Origin: the human T2T-CHM13v2.0 reference genome, Homo sapiens
NCBI GenBank assembly: GCA_009914755.4
Contig: CP086569.2
Span: forward strand, 16,416,001-16,480,000
Reading direction: 5' to 3'
Length of the DNA stretch: 64,000 bases
Notes under the pieces: generated by a model
Told to the model about the DNA's origin: nothing
The model's input: only the letters and a program-made list of their open reading frames with translations
Databases searched by the model: none
In this document: positions 24,455 to 40,854 of the stretch, piece after piece
Numbering within the stretch: position 1 is the first letter of the stretch
Layout: every line of letters begins with the position of its first letter
Translations under genes and position numbers: made by a program

Positions 24455-25375
24455 CAAAATTTATTTTTATATGGTTGCTGAGTTGAGACATGTGTCCTTA
24501 AATCGCTTATATAAATTCTGATGAATGATTACTAATGAAACATGTTCTTAAAATAAGTTCAACATGACATTCAGAGCCACTACTCTGGAGTGCTTTTCCT
24601 CATATTCATTGACACAATTGAACTTCTCATCTTAAGCTGTTGGAGTTATCTACTACTGTGTAACAAATTGCACCAAAACTTAACAGCTTAAATCAACTCA
24701 CATTTGTTATCTCATTGTTTCTGTAAGAGAGAAATCTGGGCACAGCTTCTAGGTCTCTATTAGTCTGCAATCAAGTGCCGGAGCTGCGGTCTCATTTGTG
24801 GTTCAAATGTGGCAGCATCTCTTTCCAAGCTCATTTAGTTGGTTGCAGGCAGGGCTTAGTTCCTCACAGGCTGTCTGCCTGAAAACCTCAAATTTTGCTG
24901 GCTGTTGGCTAGACATTTCCCTCTTTTCCTTATAACATGAGCCTCTCCATAATGGCCACTTACTTCATCCACAACCAGAAAGATCTAGAGTGCCAGCGAG
25001 ATAGAGGTCATAGTCGTTGGCAACCCAATCACAGAAGTGACATCTGATCACTTTTCCCTTATGCTATCATTGGAACTAAATCAGTAGGTGCAGCCCATAC
25101 TCAGTGGGAGGGGATTGTATCAGATGTGAATACCAGAAGGGAAGTCACTGGGGCCACTTTTAGTTGGCTGACCACATTTTTTTAAAAACACTATTACTAT
25201 ACTTTATACTCTACATATCATATTGTTATTAATAATAACTTACAAATTAATAATTCAATATTATTAAATAACTACAGTGAAAAACTGTGGCCTCTTACTA
25301 TGATTTCCTTACTAAATCAATAAGTACTAAGAACCCAGAAGGAGACCCTGTCTCTCTCTAAAAAAAATTTAACAT

Positions 25376-25575
25376 TAGCTGGGCATGGTGGTGATCCCTT
25401 GTAATCCCAGCCACACTATTAACAAAATTTAAGGTCCCCAAGGCTGAGGTGGGAGGATTGCTCGAGCTGGGAGGTCAAGGCTTCAGTGAGCTTTGATTGT
25501 GCAACTGCAATCCAGCCTGGGTGAAAGAGTGAGACTCTGTCTCAAAATAAATAAATAAATTAAAAATAAATATTT
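25376..25575 (+). mobile_element. Partial Alu/monomer-like element
   Basis: attagctgggcatggtggtg…gaggtgggaggattgctcgagctgggaggtcaaggcttcagtgagc…ccagcctgggtgaaagagtgagactctgtctcaaaataaataaa. Confidence 0.55.
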
Positions 25576-26034
25576 AACAATCCTCAGTGTGTAGTTTTAT
25601 CCTCAAAATAATACTTATAAGGTATTATTATTCCTCTTTTACAGAAGAGAAAACTAACAGGCTAAATATACAGCTCGTGGTTTCACTGCTAGCAAGCACG
25701 GGAGAGAGAACGTAAATCTCAACAACAAAAAACACATTTCTGACTCTACTGCCCAATTTAGTGGACATAGTACTTGCGGATTTCCTCATTTGACCAGTCA
25801 AAGTCTTGTAAGGTGACTGTGTGTCTCATCCAATGTGGAACCACCACAGGACTGTTATGATGTCATCTTTCTAGGTTTTACACCGTGTTTGTGGAATTGA
25901 AATGGATTCAGTTGAATTGTCAGTGAATTGCTTTCTATTGTAAAAGTGTAGCTAGATTAAAATGCCCCTAACAAGTTACACTTGCCTACCACTTTATCAT
26001 TTTGGAAAACTTTTTTTGGGGTGGAGGGGGAGGG

Positions 26035-26385
26035 CAGGGTCTTGGTCTCTCGCCCAGAGTAGAGTGCAGTGGCATGATTATAGCTCACTGTGTAGCCTCA
26101 AACTCCTGGGCTCAGGCCATCCTCCTGCCTCAGCCTCCTGATTAGCTGGGACTACAGTCACGTGCCACCAAACCCAGCTAATTTTAATTTTTTTTTCTAA
26201 CCTCAGGTGTCCCACTGGCCTTGGCCTCCCAAAGTGCTAGGATTACAGGCATGAGCCAATTCCCCTAGCCTAATTTTTAAATTCTTTGTAGAGTTGTGAT
26301 CTTACTATGTTTCTCAGGCTGGGCTTGAACTCCTGAGCTCAAGCAATCCTCCTCCTCAAAGTGCTGGAATTGCACATTTAAACTG
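26035..26385 (-). mobile_element. Alu (older, antisense; possibly two fragments)
   Basis: ggtctcgcccagagtagagtgcagtggcatgattatagctcactgtgtagcctcaaactcctgggctcagg…cctcccaaagtgctaggattacaggcatgagcc…ctgggcttgaactcctgagctcaagcaatcctcc. Confidence 0.65.
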
Positions 26386-26821
26386 CTGCATCTGGCCACA
26401 TTTCAGAAATATTTTATTAGTCATCATGGGTGACTCCATGATGGTTAAGGTGACATCTCAGAGTGATGTGCAGAAGAATGATTCACAAGGAGAACATGCC
26501 TCCTAAAGCATCATAGCTGGTGGTCTGAGATGAGGTCAGAGTATGACTCATTTCTCCTTTCATTCTGCTCGTTCTTGAAAAACAGAGAATAAAAGCTACC
26601 AAGGAGATAATTAAGGAGAGTTAGGAATCAGAGAGTAGCTGCAACCAAAAAAAAAAAAAAAAATGGAGACTATCACATTTCCTGGCTTGGTTATCTTTAC
26701 AGGAAGAATTCTGGAGCTCTGGGTTTGCTTTTTATGAAAACAGGAGATCCTGAAAAGGGAGGGAGGTGAGAAGGTGATTGGAAGTAGGTCAGGGGAGAGA
26801 GACAGAGAAGGCTATGGTGTC

Positions 26822-27523
<702 letters not shown>

Positions 27524-28614
27524 TAGGATAACTCTTGATAAAAATGCAAGGTAGCGAAAGATTTGCCACATGGACAAATGGTGGAATAAGCAACTGGAAA
27601 GGTATGAGAAGAAGAAATATTTTCAGCCTAATGTTTGCCTCGAAAAGCCTTTTTGGAGATGGTTGCCTATGTGCATTGGAATTTAAGGGCTTCTATAACT
27701 TGTAGAAGTATATTATACCTAACGAAGATTGTCTGTTAGAATTGAAATGTACTTGAGGGTGCAAACAAGAAATTTTCACCTACTCAAATGGATTGTCATT
27801 TCCAAATCCTTTGGTAGATGCCCGTCTGCCTATGTACAGGGACAGAAGAAATAAATTGCAATTCTGTTATGTACAGGAGGTGAAAATGCTACAGATGATA
27901 TTGTAATGCCAAAGGTTGTTGCCTTAGACACACCAAAGAATTTGTGTGGTGGCTGCTTGCGGAGAGTGATGGAGACGTGGACCAAGATTAAAAAAAAAAA
28001 AAGCTGTAGGCTTTATTGAGCAGAGTAACAGTATAAAGCTTCCACAGCGTGGAAGGGGTCCTGAGTGGGTAGCCAGAGTTTGATTATGCAGTTGCCTTTT
28101 AAACTCTTTAAGGTGGGAATTACGTCCAGAGGGAAGATGTTAACCAAGCAAGAAAAAAACCAGTAAATTATTTTGTGACATGCCTTAGATTTTGAGGAAA
28201 ACCAAAATTGCAACTTAGGTTTTATCTACCTTTTGACCTTGCAGCAGCATGGTAAAGGAGACAGGATTTTACAGGACTTTACAAAGTATGTTCACAAGGA
28301 ATTGGAATTGGGAGCATAGATAAGGACCACTGGTCACAGAAAAACAGGTCTTTAACATTCCTTTTAGTTTTAGGGGAGGGGGAAGGGAGAGAGGGAGAGA
28401 GGACACAGGGAAGCTTACAGCAAAATTTTTGCTGTCTATAGCTTTCTTGGGGAAGAAAACACATGCAAAAATCTTGCTGTTAAGAATATAACTTTAATAT
28501 TATTCATCCAGGACAAAAGTAAGTCCTGAAGCAGGAAATAAGTGAGTTTCACAGCTTTCTGAGCCTTTACTTGACGCAGGAATGCCAGCTGGCCCCTCCT
28601 TTCAACAGGGAGGG

Positions 28615-28870
28615 TAACATGCTAGCAGTAATGCAGTGGTTTCAACCAGGGGCACTTGTGTGCCCCAGAGGATATTTGGCAGTATCTGAAAGACACATTT
28701 ATTTCACAACTAGGGGAGAACAGAGAGGGTTGGGGGAAGCATCCTGTTGGGGTTTTGTGAGTAGAAGCCAGGGATGTTGCTAAGCATCTTACAATGCACA
28801 GAACAGCTCCCCTCCCCACCAATAAAGACTCATTTAGTCCCCATGTCAATAGTGTTGAGGCTGAGAAACA
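28615..28870 (+). mobile_element. Ancient interspersed repeat fragment (DNA-transposon-like, MER2/Tigger-type); related copy at 31430-31600
   Basis: gcagtggtttcaaccaggggc…atttggcagtatctg…gttgctaagcatcttacaatgcacagaacagc…catgtcaatagtgttgaggctgagaaac recurs as ctggcatatagtgggtagaggc…cttgcaatgcacaggacaggc…aatgtcaatagtgcagagactgagaaatc. Family assignment is from memory only. Confidence 0.3.
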
Positions 28871-31429
28871 CTATCAACAAAATCTGAGGTCCCTAAGTCA
28901 AATATCACTCATGATAAAAATGAGTTCCCCTGTTATTTTTTCACACAGGCGAAATTGGTTAAGAAGTAGGTAAAGCAGTTGCAGTGCTTGGTACATATTA
29001 AGCACTCAATTATTATTTTAATATAAGAAAAATTGTGTATTTATTTTCTGTATCTAGTGAAACATGAACCTAGTAATGAAGTAGATACACAGAACACAGC
29101 CTGCTGCCTCTAGCCTTCTCTGATATGAATACTATATATTGCACTCTTAGAGAGACAGGTTATTAAGCTCATTCTTTTGCAAATTTCTAATATTAGTTAT
29201 GGATTTGTAAGGCATTAAATCTACTTAGGGACTCCTGATTCTCCAACCCTGAGCTTTTCATGGGCATTATTAATGGTGTTGTTGGTTATCTTTAAATCCT
29301 CCAGTGTGTCTCACACTTCATATTTAAAGACGGATGCTAAATTTGAATCTTCTCTGTACCCTGTAAAACCTTCCAATCATTTAAAAACTGGTGGATGGCC
29401 CTGCTTAATTTCTTCTCTGGTTGAAATGGCATGAGGGCCTTTTAATTAAACAGAATAAACATACATGTTTGATTTAATGTGTCTTTCTTAGATACTTGCT
29501 CAACCAGCCCCTGCTCACATGGTGTCTACAGTCCAATTAGGAAGGGGAACAATCCTCTGATCTCTGATTTACAAAACTTCTCTGTGATTATTTACTCATT
29601 GGCTCAGTTTACAAATATTGACTATCTAGTGTGTGCCAAGCGTGAGAGTGGATGGTAGGGACATAGCCAGGAGGCATTTAGACTTCTTCCTGCCTGCAGA
29701 ATGTTTCCAGTGTAGCAGGGAAGATTAAACACAAAATAACCCAAACTGCAGTTGCTTGTATCATCAGTACTGAGAAAGAAATGCACAGTGATAATAAAAG
29801 GAGAACTTATTCCTCCCATACAAGGAACTTCCTCCCATGCAAGGAATCCCTAGATAAGTCACATGGAAGCTGGGGATGGGGGCTGAAGATTGGCCTCTCC
29901 AAATTATCTCTGTCCTTCTTTCATTCTTCAGCCTTTCCTCACCTCACTCCAATATGAGGTCCATTGTTATGATTGCAGTTTTTAAAGATGGGAAAGTTCA
30001 CCTTTTATTACATTCATCTAGCTGTTTAAACAGAAGCATGCAGTACTTGTACAGATATTTTTGCTCATGCTTCCGATTTCTGTATCACGGATGTGGAATT
30101 GGAGCCTAGATTTGTCAGCCAAAGAGTTAATGATGTTGAATGCAATGAAGAATTGTCTCAAAATAGCTTTTCCAAGAAAGGGATAGTGTTTCTAAAACAA
30201 ACAAACAAACAAAAAAAACACACGACAAAATGTGTTGGAGCACACATCATCTTGAGTCTAGTCTTAAAAAGCCTGTTTACAAGATAAGCCAGTTTTCTCT
30301 TTGTTACCAAGTTTGTGTTTAAGGACTTAAGATTTGGGAGAGACTCTCTACTTAGCTGTGGGTCCTGCCCAGCACAGTGTTCACAGTCTGCAAGGAAGGT
30401 AGCAGGGTACTGCATGGGATTTTATGTTAATGATGTTCAGGGGATGGTAATTCTCACCTGGGAAGGAGATGATCCATTAGTAACACTCTCAGTCTGTGTC
30501 TTAGGCCAGTGTGAAGCCATCACAGATCTTTAACTGCAAAATAATAATTTTATGATGAGATAAGGGGTAGTTTTATTTCTGGCCTCTTTTAAAAGAGAGA
30601 AGAGGCAAAGTCTATGCTAAGGACTATATCATTTTTTTCTAGACTTTCTATAGAATTCATGTCAAGTGAATGTCATAAATTATAAATGAAATGTGTGTCA
30701 CATAAAATAATTCTGTGGTAATAATGATAGAACTAAGCTGAATAATCTGAATATACCAAATACATGTCTGTGTGTGTGTGCATGTGTGTGTTTTCATGTA
30801 AACATTTCCCCCATCATAGAAAGTGAATGACCATCAAACACATCCTTGAATTCTAGGATTAGTCCCATGGACTTTAGTCTCCCAAGGAGATAAAAGTGAA
30901 GAGACTTAAAGCAAACAAACAAAAAAACTATTTTGCCCTATTTATTTGAAAAAATAAGAGTAAGAGAATCAATCACTCAATCACCTTCCAAAGCTTAGGA
31001 ATCTAACTGAATAACAAAAGTACCAACTCAATGTAGATAAGGAGAATTGAGTGGATCAGGAGAGAGAGAGAGGTGATTGACTATGATTAGTAATGTCATG
31101 TGTGAAGGAAGTACCCCCAGACTGCCAGTCACATAGCTTCCCACATTTAATGTGTCTTCTTTAAAAAATAGCATGCTTCTGAAAATACTTCACATTCTAC
31201 TAGTGTGCAGCTGCAAGAACATAGAGTTAATGATTGCATGGAACAACTATGTAGGATGTTGTAAGAAAAAATACTTCTCTTGGAGCTAAGAGGAAAATGT
31301 AGTTGACAGTGACTTCTTTCTCATTACTGAATCTCTACTCTCTCACACCAGCTTCCTTTTTTTGCTGTAATAGAGTAGTATTCAAGCAGCAGAAATTTTT
31401 GTCTCCCTTTCTCTCAGCAGTGGCTGGTA

Positions 31430-31600
31430 CAGTCTGGAGACATCTTTGGATCTCATAACTGAGGGGAGTTATACATGTTACTGGCATATAGTGGGTAGAG
31501 GCTAGAGATAAGCTGAATATCTTGCAATGCACAGGACAGGCCCCTACACTAAGAATCATCTGTCCCCAAATGTCAATAGTGCAGAGACTGAGAAATCCTG
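31430..31600 (+). mobile_element. Second copy of the same ancient repeat family as 28615-28870
   Basis: See 28615-28870. The two segments share ~75% identity over >100 bp. Confidence 0.3.
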
Positions 31601-32342
31601 ATTTAATGCCATTCATGACATATAACGGAACCCATTATCCTGACTGTCTAGTTTGCATTTGTGTGTACTCCTTTACCAAGGCTGAATTAAGTAATTTAGT
31701 GAATATTTATTCACTCAGAGAGCCATGGGGGAGAATTGCAAAGGAAAATTAAGGGATTATAAATACTTTATGGGAAGTCAAGGTGAATACACATGAAAAC
31801 AGACCAAAAAAAAATCCACTTCAAAATGTTGTTGATTTTCTCTGGACCCTAATTATGTATATTATATCAATATTTGCAGTGCATAGCTTTTGTCTGTTTT
31901 TGCAAACTGACAACTCAGATAATATAGTGTCTCAGCAAATTGTTACCACAATAATGTCATGTACACTCTGAAGCTCAACAGTTTAACACAACAGTGTATA
32001 TTCTCACTGGTTTTTCTGTTGGCTGAAACAAACAAGCTCCAAGCTGCCTGTTGGGCTGTGTCTGCTACAAATGCATTTATTCTGGGGCTCAGGCAGAAAG
32101 GGAGGTAGCACATACTAGAGAAAGTGCTTCTTGTAGTAATGACAAAAGTACAACGGGCCAGGCTAAACATGCAAGTATAATGTTTCTGCTTCTCTTACAT
32201 CTGATAGCATCCCATTAGCTAAGCCAAATCACATGGTCAAGCCCCAAATCAACGCTGAACAAGTATACTGTGGTTTCTATAAAGCCAGTGCAAATTACAT
32301 GGCCTCATTCAATACCAGTGGGTCAGAGAAAGGATTGCATTT

Positions 32343-32643
32343 TGTTGTTGTTGTTGTTGTTGTTGTTTTGAAACAGAGTCTTGCTCTGTCAGCTAGTCTG
32401 GAGCACAGTGACATGATCTTGTCTCATTGCAACCTCTTCCTCCTGGGTTCAAGGGATTCTCCTGTCTCAGCCTCTGGAGTAGGTGGGATTACAGGCACAT
32501 GCCACCACGCCCAGCTATTTTTTGTATTTTTAGTAGAGATGAGGTTTCACCATGTGAGCTAGGCTGGTCTCGAACTCCTGACATCTGGACTGCCTCAACC
32601 TCCCAGAGTGCTGGGATTATAGACATGAGCCACCACTCCCAGC
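32343..32643 (-). mobile_element. Alu (antisense) with (GTT)n tail
   Basis: (gtt)n, then gaaacagagtcttgctctgtcagctagtctggagcacagtgacatgatcttgtctcattgcaacc…gctgggattatagacatgagccaccactcccagcc. Confidence 0.8.
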
Positions 32644-33757
32644 CATCTTTTTTTTAACTAAAATGTTCATTTTAATATTTCCATTTCAAATCTAACATTA
32701 CAAGATTTTTTCTTATTTGTTTTTTAAGATTGGTTATTTATAATTGTGGCAAAATACACATAACATAACATTTACCATCTTAGCCTTTTTTTAAGTGGCA
32801 TTAAGTATGTTCACACTGTTGTGCAGCCATCACCACTCTTTATCTCTAGAGTTATTTTCATCTTGCAAAACTGAAACTCAGTATCTATTAAACAATTATT
32901 TCCAATTCCCCGGGATTGAGTACTTATTTTTTAAAAATAATAATCTACCACCCATTTTTAATCAGAACAAGGCTTATTTTTAAAGACATAATTGGCATAT
33001 AGCATGCATTTATACTTTCCAGCCCAACCTATGCCTAAGGTGTATTCTATCCAGGATAGAGACATATCTTCAGGACCCAAGGTAGAAGCACCACAGAAGT
33101 CTGTTTTACTCAGATAAAAAAGCCTATTGAGAAGCAATTCCTTCCAAGTTCAGGCTGAGAAGCAGTATGGGCCACAGCCAGGTAGCCTGATTAGAGAAAT
33201 CTATTGACATTCAGACACATGTCCATTGATCACTCAACAGGGAAGTCTACCTAATTCTCAGGTTCCAAGGGGGAAAAAAGTGAAGTGCGCTTTTACTGAA
33301 ATCCACAAGAAATATTAGGACTTAGGGCATCAACAGCATATAGCTGGAAGCTTCAGGAACAACCAGTGCAGGAGCCAGCCATCTGGCAGCAGTAGGGGCT
33401 TTAGCAGTATTAAACCCCAAAGTCCATGAGACAGAGCTCCGTATCCTCATCATCAGCCACCAGTGGTGGGACTCAGTCTGGGTGGGCAGTGGTTGTGAGG
33501 TTTTTAGACAGGACCTGTTTCTATCAGCAGGAACAGGAGGCATCAGTACAGAGCCCTGGGAAATGACAGGCATTATTCAGTAGCTAAGGGAACTGCTTGA
33601 GTAATTAGAAAAGCACTGAAGTCTCCACCATGTGGAATGCTGAAAAGCCCATTAGAAATACTGGGTTCCAGGGACAATCTGAGAGAGAAGAGCCATAAGG
33701 AGTCCTGGGTGCTAGTCTAGAAACCACAGCTTGCTGTGAGTATGACTACGGCAGTTC

Positions 33758-34330
<573 letters not shown>

Positions 34331-35697
34331 ATATTGCGGTACACTCTGAAGCCAGTGTTTAAGTTCATTCCAGCTTCTCACTGTGCAAGTCCACAGTCTT
34401 AAACCATGCTTTTAAAAAAAGAGGTTATTTCTCATTTTTTTTCAAAGCGTAAATATTAGCCTAACCATTAAGATGGACAAAGTCTTTGACATGAAGACAT
34501 TGTGTGTCTGGATTATTTCATTCAGTCTTACATGAGGAATTCAGTAAGAAGTTACTTTGCACCAGCTTTGTCTGTATTTAGCATTTAAGCACATTAAACT
34601 AAATTGGGGGCCTTTAGACTCAATGGCAAAAATAGTTTCACATAATAATAGCAGAGTGCTTTTTACATTCATAATCTCTGTTTGAACATGTTAAATTCAA
34701 GATACCAGGTAGATGTCCGTATGGAGAACCTAATTCATTGTTTGGACATTCAGTCTCTCTGGATGAAAAACTGTGGTGTTTCTTAGCATTCATCTGGTAT
34801 TTAATCTCACCAAGACAGCATGTGTATTTCATAAAGGTAAGGAGGAGATCACAAAAGCAGAAAGTGTCTTGAGGATTACAATATTTAGGAAAAGCACAAA
34901 GTGTCTTGAGACTTATGAACTGGACAATGGACAATGGACACTAAGAAGTGGCACCAGGTCAGGAAATACGTATAGTCATTGTTTGATTGTTTCTTTGAGT
35001 ACTTGCACCAAGTTAGCCTACACATTTGTTTAAATTATCAAACTAATGGTCATATAACTGGAGGAAACTCTGTGTGTCTGTCTTCTCTTTAAAAATTGGA
35101 AGCTACTACAAGATAACATTTTTCAGGATGGGTGCAAGCTCTGGGTTGGCAAAGTCCCCTCCCCATATCAATTGCTAAACCCAGGCCATTTCCCATCTCC
35201 CATCCAGCCTTTGTAATTATGTGGGGTTGTGATCCTGATTCTGAGGTCCATGAATGAGGAAGAACCAGCAAATAGAGACTCTGCAGAAGGAGGGACACAA
35301 TAGGAACCTCAGGGAGCGTGTTCAAAGAGGAGTGCATACCTGAGCGAGGGAACAGCTCACTCTGACAGGTGTTGCTGGAAAGCCAGGGAAGAGATTCTGC
35401 CATACTGTGTGCACTGGCCTTGATGCCAAGTGTCCTCAGTGACTCTGGGGGTGCTGTCCACATGCACTAAGTCTGGTGTGAGTGCAAGAGCAGATGCAGA
35501 GTAAGGTCAAGCTCACATGCCACTTTACATGCTGAAGGGCGATCAGTGCTCCACATATGCAGCAATGAGGGTCCAGTGTCAGGAGAGAACAAATAGGTAC
35601 ACTAAAAGCCCAGACTCCACCAGTACACATGCATGTAAGATATCTGTACTATGCCCCCTAAATCTGCACACATTTAAAAAATTAAAAGTAAGTAAAA

Positions 35698-36175
35698 TTA
35701 AGCTGAGCACAGTGGCTCATACCTATAATTCTTGTCCTTTGAGAGGCCAAGGCAGGAGGATCACTTGAGCCCAGGAGTTTGAGACCAGCTTGGGTGACAT
35801 AGCAAGACCCTATCTCCTCAATAATAATTGAAAATAAATTAGCCAAGCCCAGTGTTGCTCACCATCATACCGGATACTCAGGAGGATGATGTGGGAGGAG
35901 CACTTGAGCCCAAAAGCTCGAGACCAGCTTGGGCAACATAGTAAGGTCCTTCACTCTGAAACATAATAAAAAAAAAATTACCCAGGCATGGCAGTGTGCA
36001 ACTGTAATTCTAGCTTGCTCAGGAGGCTAAAGTGGGAGAATCACTTGAGCCCACGAGTTGGAGGCTGCAGTGAGTTATAATCACATGATTGCACTCCATC
36101 CTGGGCAACAGAGCCAGAACCCTGTCTCAATTATTTTTTAAAAGAAAATAAATAAAAATAAAATTACTTAATAAA
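35698..36175 (+). mobile_element. Composite Alu-family elements (monomer-like plus dimeric Alu)
   Basis: gctgagcacagtggctcatacctataattc…gatcacttgagcccaggagtttgagaccagcttgggtgacatagcaagaccc… Further on, ccaggcatggcagtgtgcaactgtaattctagcttgctcaggaggctaaagtgggagaatcacttgagcc…cactccatcctgggcaacagagcc. A-rich tails. Confidence 0.65.
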
Positions 36176-36389
36176 ATGAAAAAAATGTTCAATTTCTTTC
36201 ACTTTACAGTTAAGAAAACTAAGATTCAGAGAGCTGATATGATTAACAGCTACCCACCCCACCACCACCTAAACTGAATGTCATGAAATTTTTTCCTGGG
36301 CTAGTGAGAAAAATAAAGAATATATGTATATTTTTTCCCCCTGGGAAGGTGAGAAACAGAAAGAGAAAGTAATGAGTTCTGTCTCCTGA

Positions 36390-36755
<366 letters not shown>

Positions 36756-37377
36756 TGAGAGCAAGAACCTGGCTCAGGACTCTGAACCAGGAGGTGGGAG
36801 AGATACTGCCTACCACAGCTTATGGGGAGAAGACTAGAAAGACATTGATATTGAGTAAGATCTAGGGCTACCACACCACACACCTACCTACCACCTTCAA
36901 AGAAACCAAGCCAGGCCTTTCTCTGGCTGGGAAACATGTTGAGTAACCTACTCATATTTGCTCAACATAAACTCTGGTTCTGAATAGAGAACCTGTTGCA
37001 GGTGGGTCAGCAAAACCGCAGGAATCAGAAGAGAGGCAAACCACAAAATGAAGTAGAAAGCCAGCAACCCCCTCAACAAGAGGGACTCTGACTCAAGGGG
37101 AGACAGGCTATGGAACACACACATAGACCTCCACACAAAAGAGGCATTGTGTGTGTGTTCAAGCTGCCATTCTCCCTGAAGCTTCCTCCACCTGTTATTC
37201 TTGGAAGGAATGAAATGCAGTGAGGTGAGAGAGTGTTGAGATGGCAGACATGGACAATGGATGAATTCTCTTCCCTCTGTATATTTTCCAGCACAAAGAG
37301 CTGCCCCAGGCTGGTGACCTTGTGCACTTTGAGTTTTGAAAGGTTTCCATGTTTCCCTTAAAAAGCTACTAAGCCAG

Positions 37378-37568
37378 GACAGGCATCACAACTTAGTCCT
37401 TTGAGAGGCTGAGACATAAGGATCTTTTGAGCCCAGGAGTTCAAGACCAGTTTGGGTAATATAGCAAGACCTCATCTCCACAAAAAATACAAAGAGTAGC
37501 TGGGCATGGTGGCACATGCCTATAGTCCCAGGTACTTGGGAGGCTGATGCAGGAGGATTGCTTGAGCA
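37378..37568 (+). mobile_element. Truncated Alu (5' part)
   Basis: caggacaggcatcacaacttagtcctttgagaggctgagacataaggatcttttgagcccaggagttcaagaccag…agctgggcatggtggcacatgcctatagtcccaggtacttgggaggctga. Confidence 0.7.
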
Positions 37569-37733
37569 AAGACAAGTGTCTTTCTTGCACATATTGTGTG
37601 ACAAAGGCAAGTTTTAAGAATGGCCGCTCCAGTCACTTTGTGCAAGGAGGGATAGGGGTCCAAGAGGTGGAGGGTCACAGCCAACCACAAGCCAGCATTG
37701 TTCATTTCCTTTTTGTGTCCTTGTCCTTTACAG

Positions 37734-37941
<208 letters not shown>

Positions 37942-39778
37942 TAGCCAAATGTGTCTCACTTTCAACCTGAACCTTTGCATAACATTGCTTTTTACTTTTT
38001 TAAAATTAGATTGACCTATGATGTTGCTTAAATTTTAAAAAGCATATGCAAAGATAAGATCTCAGTTTTAAGAGAGCACTTTTAATTAATTATCTATGTG
38101 TGTTTTCTGCCTCACCTTTTGCCTGCATTTTTAAAACTTTTACAGATTACTTTTTACATCTGTGATATAGATCTTTTTAATTTAGTTTTTCTTACCAGTG
38201 TCACAATTTTATTCAGTTTTTTATTTTATCTTTTTTTAACTTTATGTATTCCTAAGGTGTATTGAGATAATAGATAACTGTTCCTACCAAGATGTCTTAA
38301 TTAAAAAGTTAGAGCCAAGTCTTTAAAGTTAACTCTTTACCAATTATCAAAAGAAAAAATGTCTAAAAGTCCCATGGAAGAATTGATAGCAATATCAACC
38401 CTAGATCTGTCTTGGGCTCTATGTTAGAGTCCCGTTTTTTCTGAGTTACATTTCTCATATTATAGTTTGTAATATCACACCCCAAAATAGTCATTTTTTT
38501 CCATGGGCCAGTATAGACACTAGGAGGTTTAATTCAAATGCAAAAACCCTCTCCATCTTCTAAGCAGCTCACTCTTTAAGAAAACAGCAAAGTAGAAATA
38601 CTGATAATTAAACACATTCACTAAATTAATAAATGGCCACTAGTTTGACATTACAGATCCAAAGGAAGTATTTCCCCCTTCAAGCTATGCATCACTGCAG
38701 CACTACTCTGGGAGAGTATTGCTCTAGGGAAGACATAGGACCAATGAACAAGATGTATACTCCCACCCCACAGGTGGCCATCTTGGAGGGGAGCCTAGTT
38801 AGCCATATCATTGCTTCACAGTGAGGAAGCTGGTGGGTTGGTGGAGTATGGACTACTCTCCTAAATACAGGTCATTTCCTTGCATAAACAAGGAAGAGCA
38901 CTGGAGGCCCCTGAGAATTTCATCTGTACCTGGAACTGAAGGATGGCAGATGACTAGCCAGGTAGGGAGAAAGGGATTCCAGGATTCCCAGTGGAGGACT
39001 TGGGATATATCTTGTGGGGTATAGCTTAGTATGGTCCAAAAACTAAAACATATTAATTCCTAAATGACTTCCAAACGATGATCAGCCTATCCATTCATGG
39101 AGAAAAGGCACCAGGGTGGCTTATCTTGCATAAGGTATCACTTTACAAGTGAGCTCATAACAAGTATTTATAAAGTGTATTAAAAAATAAGCCAACAAAG
39201 GGTATGTGGGGATCACAACATCTAATTTCTTCACTATAATGTTTGTGCGTTTTCCCTGGAGCATATTAACCCACTTATTGATGCTCACTGTTGAGGCAAA
39301 TGGAATCTGAGTATTTCCTGTCCCTGGGGGCATGAGGAAATTAGGCAGGGGCTTATTAAAGCTGGTTTTTGTTATTCCCTTTGGCTGTGTTGGGAAGAGG
39401 GGAGTCAGATTGACCCTGCAGATTTCTCTTTTTGGGAAACAGAGAAACTTGGAAGATGTGAGTGGGAGTACCTTCCCTCCTTGTAGTATACCATTTCTAA
39501 GACTTGGTTTCTCTCTTCAAACTCGGGGCTAGTGGGACCAGGAGCTCACAGCCCTCTATAGCATGAATGGACCTTCTGGGGATGTCCTACCTTCACCATT
39601 CACATATCTCCATGGTTTTGTTGTAGTTTGAGTCTTGGTTCTGTATCATTTCTTTCCTGCTTCCTCTGCATCTCATTTTTTCTCTCTCCCTCTCATAACC
39701 CCAGACTCACCCTTGCTCATTGAAAAGTTTCTTACTATAAAGAGCCACAGCACAGCTTCATTTTGAAAATTATCACAA

Positions 39779-40248
<470 letters not shown>

Positions 40249-40347
40249 GTAACCTAACTGCATTGCAGGGGCTGTGGTCTCCTTTGGGACAGCTTCTCAC
40301 CTCCAGGTATCTCCTGGTTCCTAAGGGTTTATTTTTTCCTGGTTCAG

Positions 40348-40457
40348 GAATGGCATCTTGGTCCTGCACTGGAGGTTTCCTCCTCACAGCCTCTTCGGGA
40401 GGACTTCCCACCAATGAGATTACCTGAAGGTTGAAGGCTATTCAACAGTGCTAATAG
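40348..40457 (+). pseudogene. STSP1: Steroid-sulfatase-like exon with internal deletion and in-frame TGA
   Basis: Acceptor ctggttcag, donor gtatgg. Translation is [25 protein letters not shown], against [44 protein letters not shown]. About 12 nt are missing relative to STS. TGA at 40425-40427. Confidence 0.75.
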
Positions 40458-40645
40458 GTATGGGCATCTGAGGAACAGCAGGGAGGACTTGGACAAAGTT
40501 CGTAGAAGAGTGGGAGAGAGCATCATGACAATTATCTTAGGGATAACATCAGTGGTATACTTTGAACAATTTTAATTGGGAACAAAATTATTTCAATTCT
40601 AGGTTAAAACCACAATGAGCCTACCTGGACTACTTGAATGTATAG

Positions 40646-40646
<1 letters not shown>

Positions 40647-40689
<43 letters not shown>
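40647..40689. repeat. (GT)n microsatellite (~21 units)
   Basis: Uninterrupted gtgtgt run. Confidence 0.9.
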
Positions 40690-40692
<3 letters not shown>

Positions 40693-40734
40693 GTCTGGTG
40701 TGTGTGTGTAGAGATAAATAGATACTTAGATAAT

Positions 40735-40803
40735 TCCTTATGATAGATGGATAAATGGATGAATGGATGGTTGGAAGAAAGCATTGATGAATGGATGGAT
40801 AGG

Positions 40804-40854
<51 letters not shown>
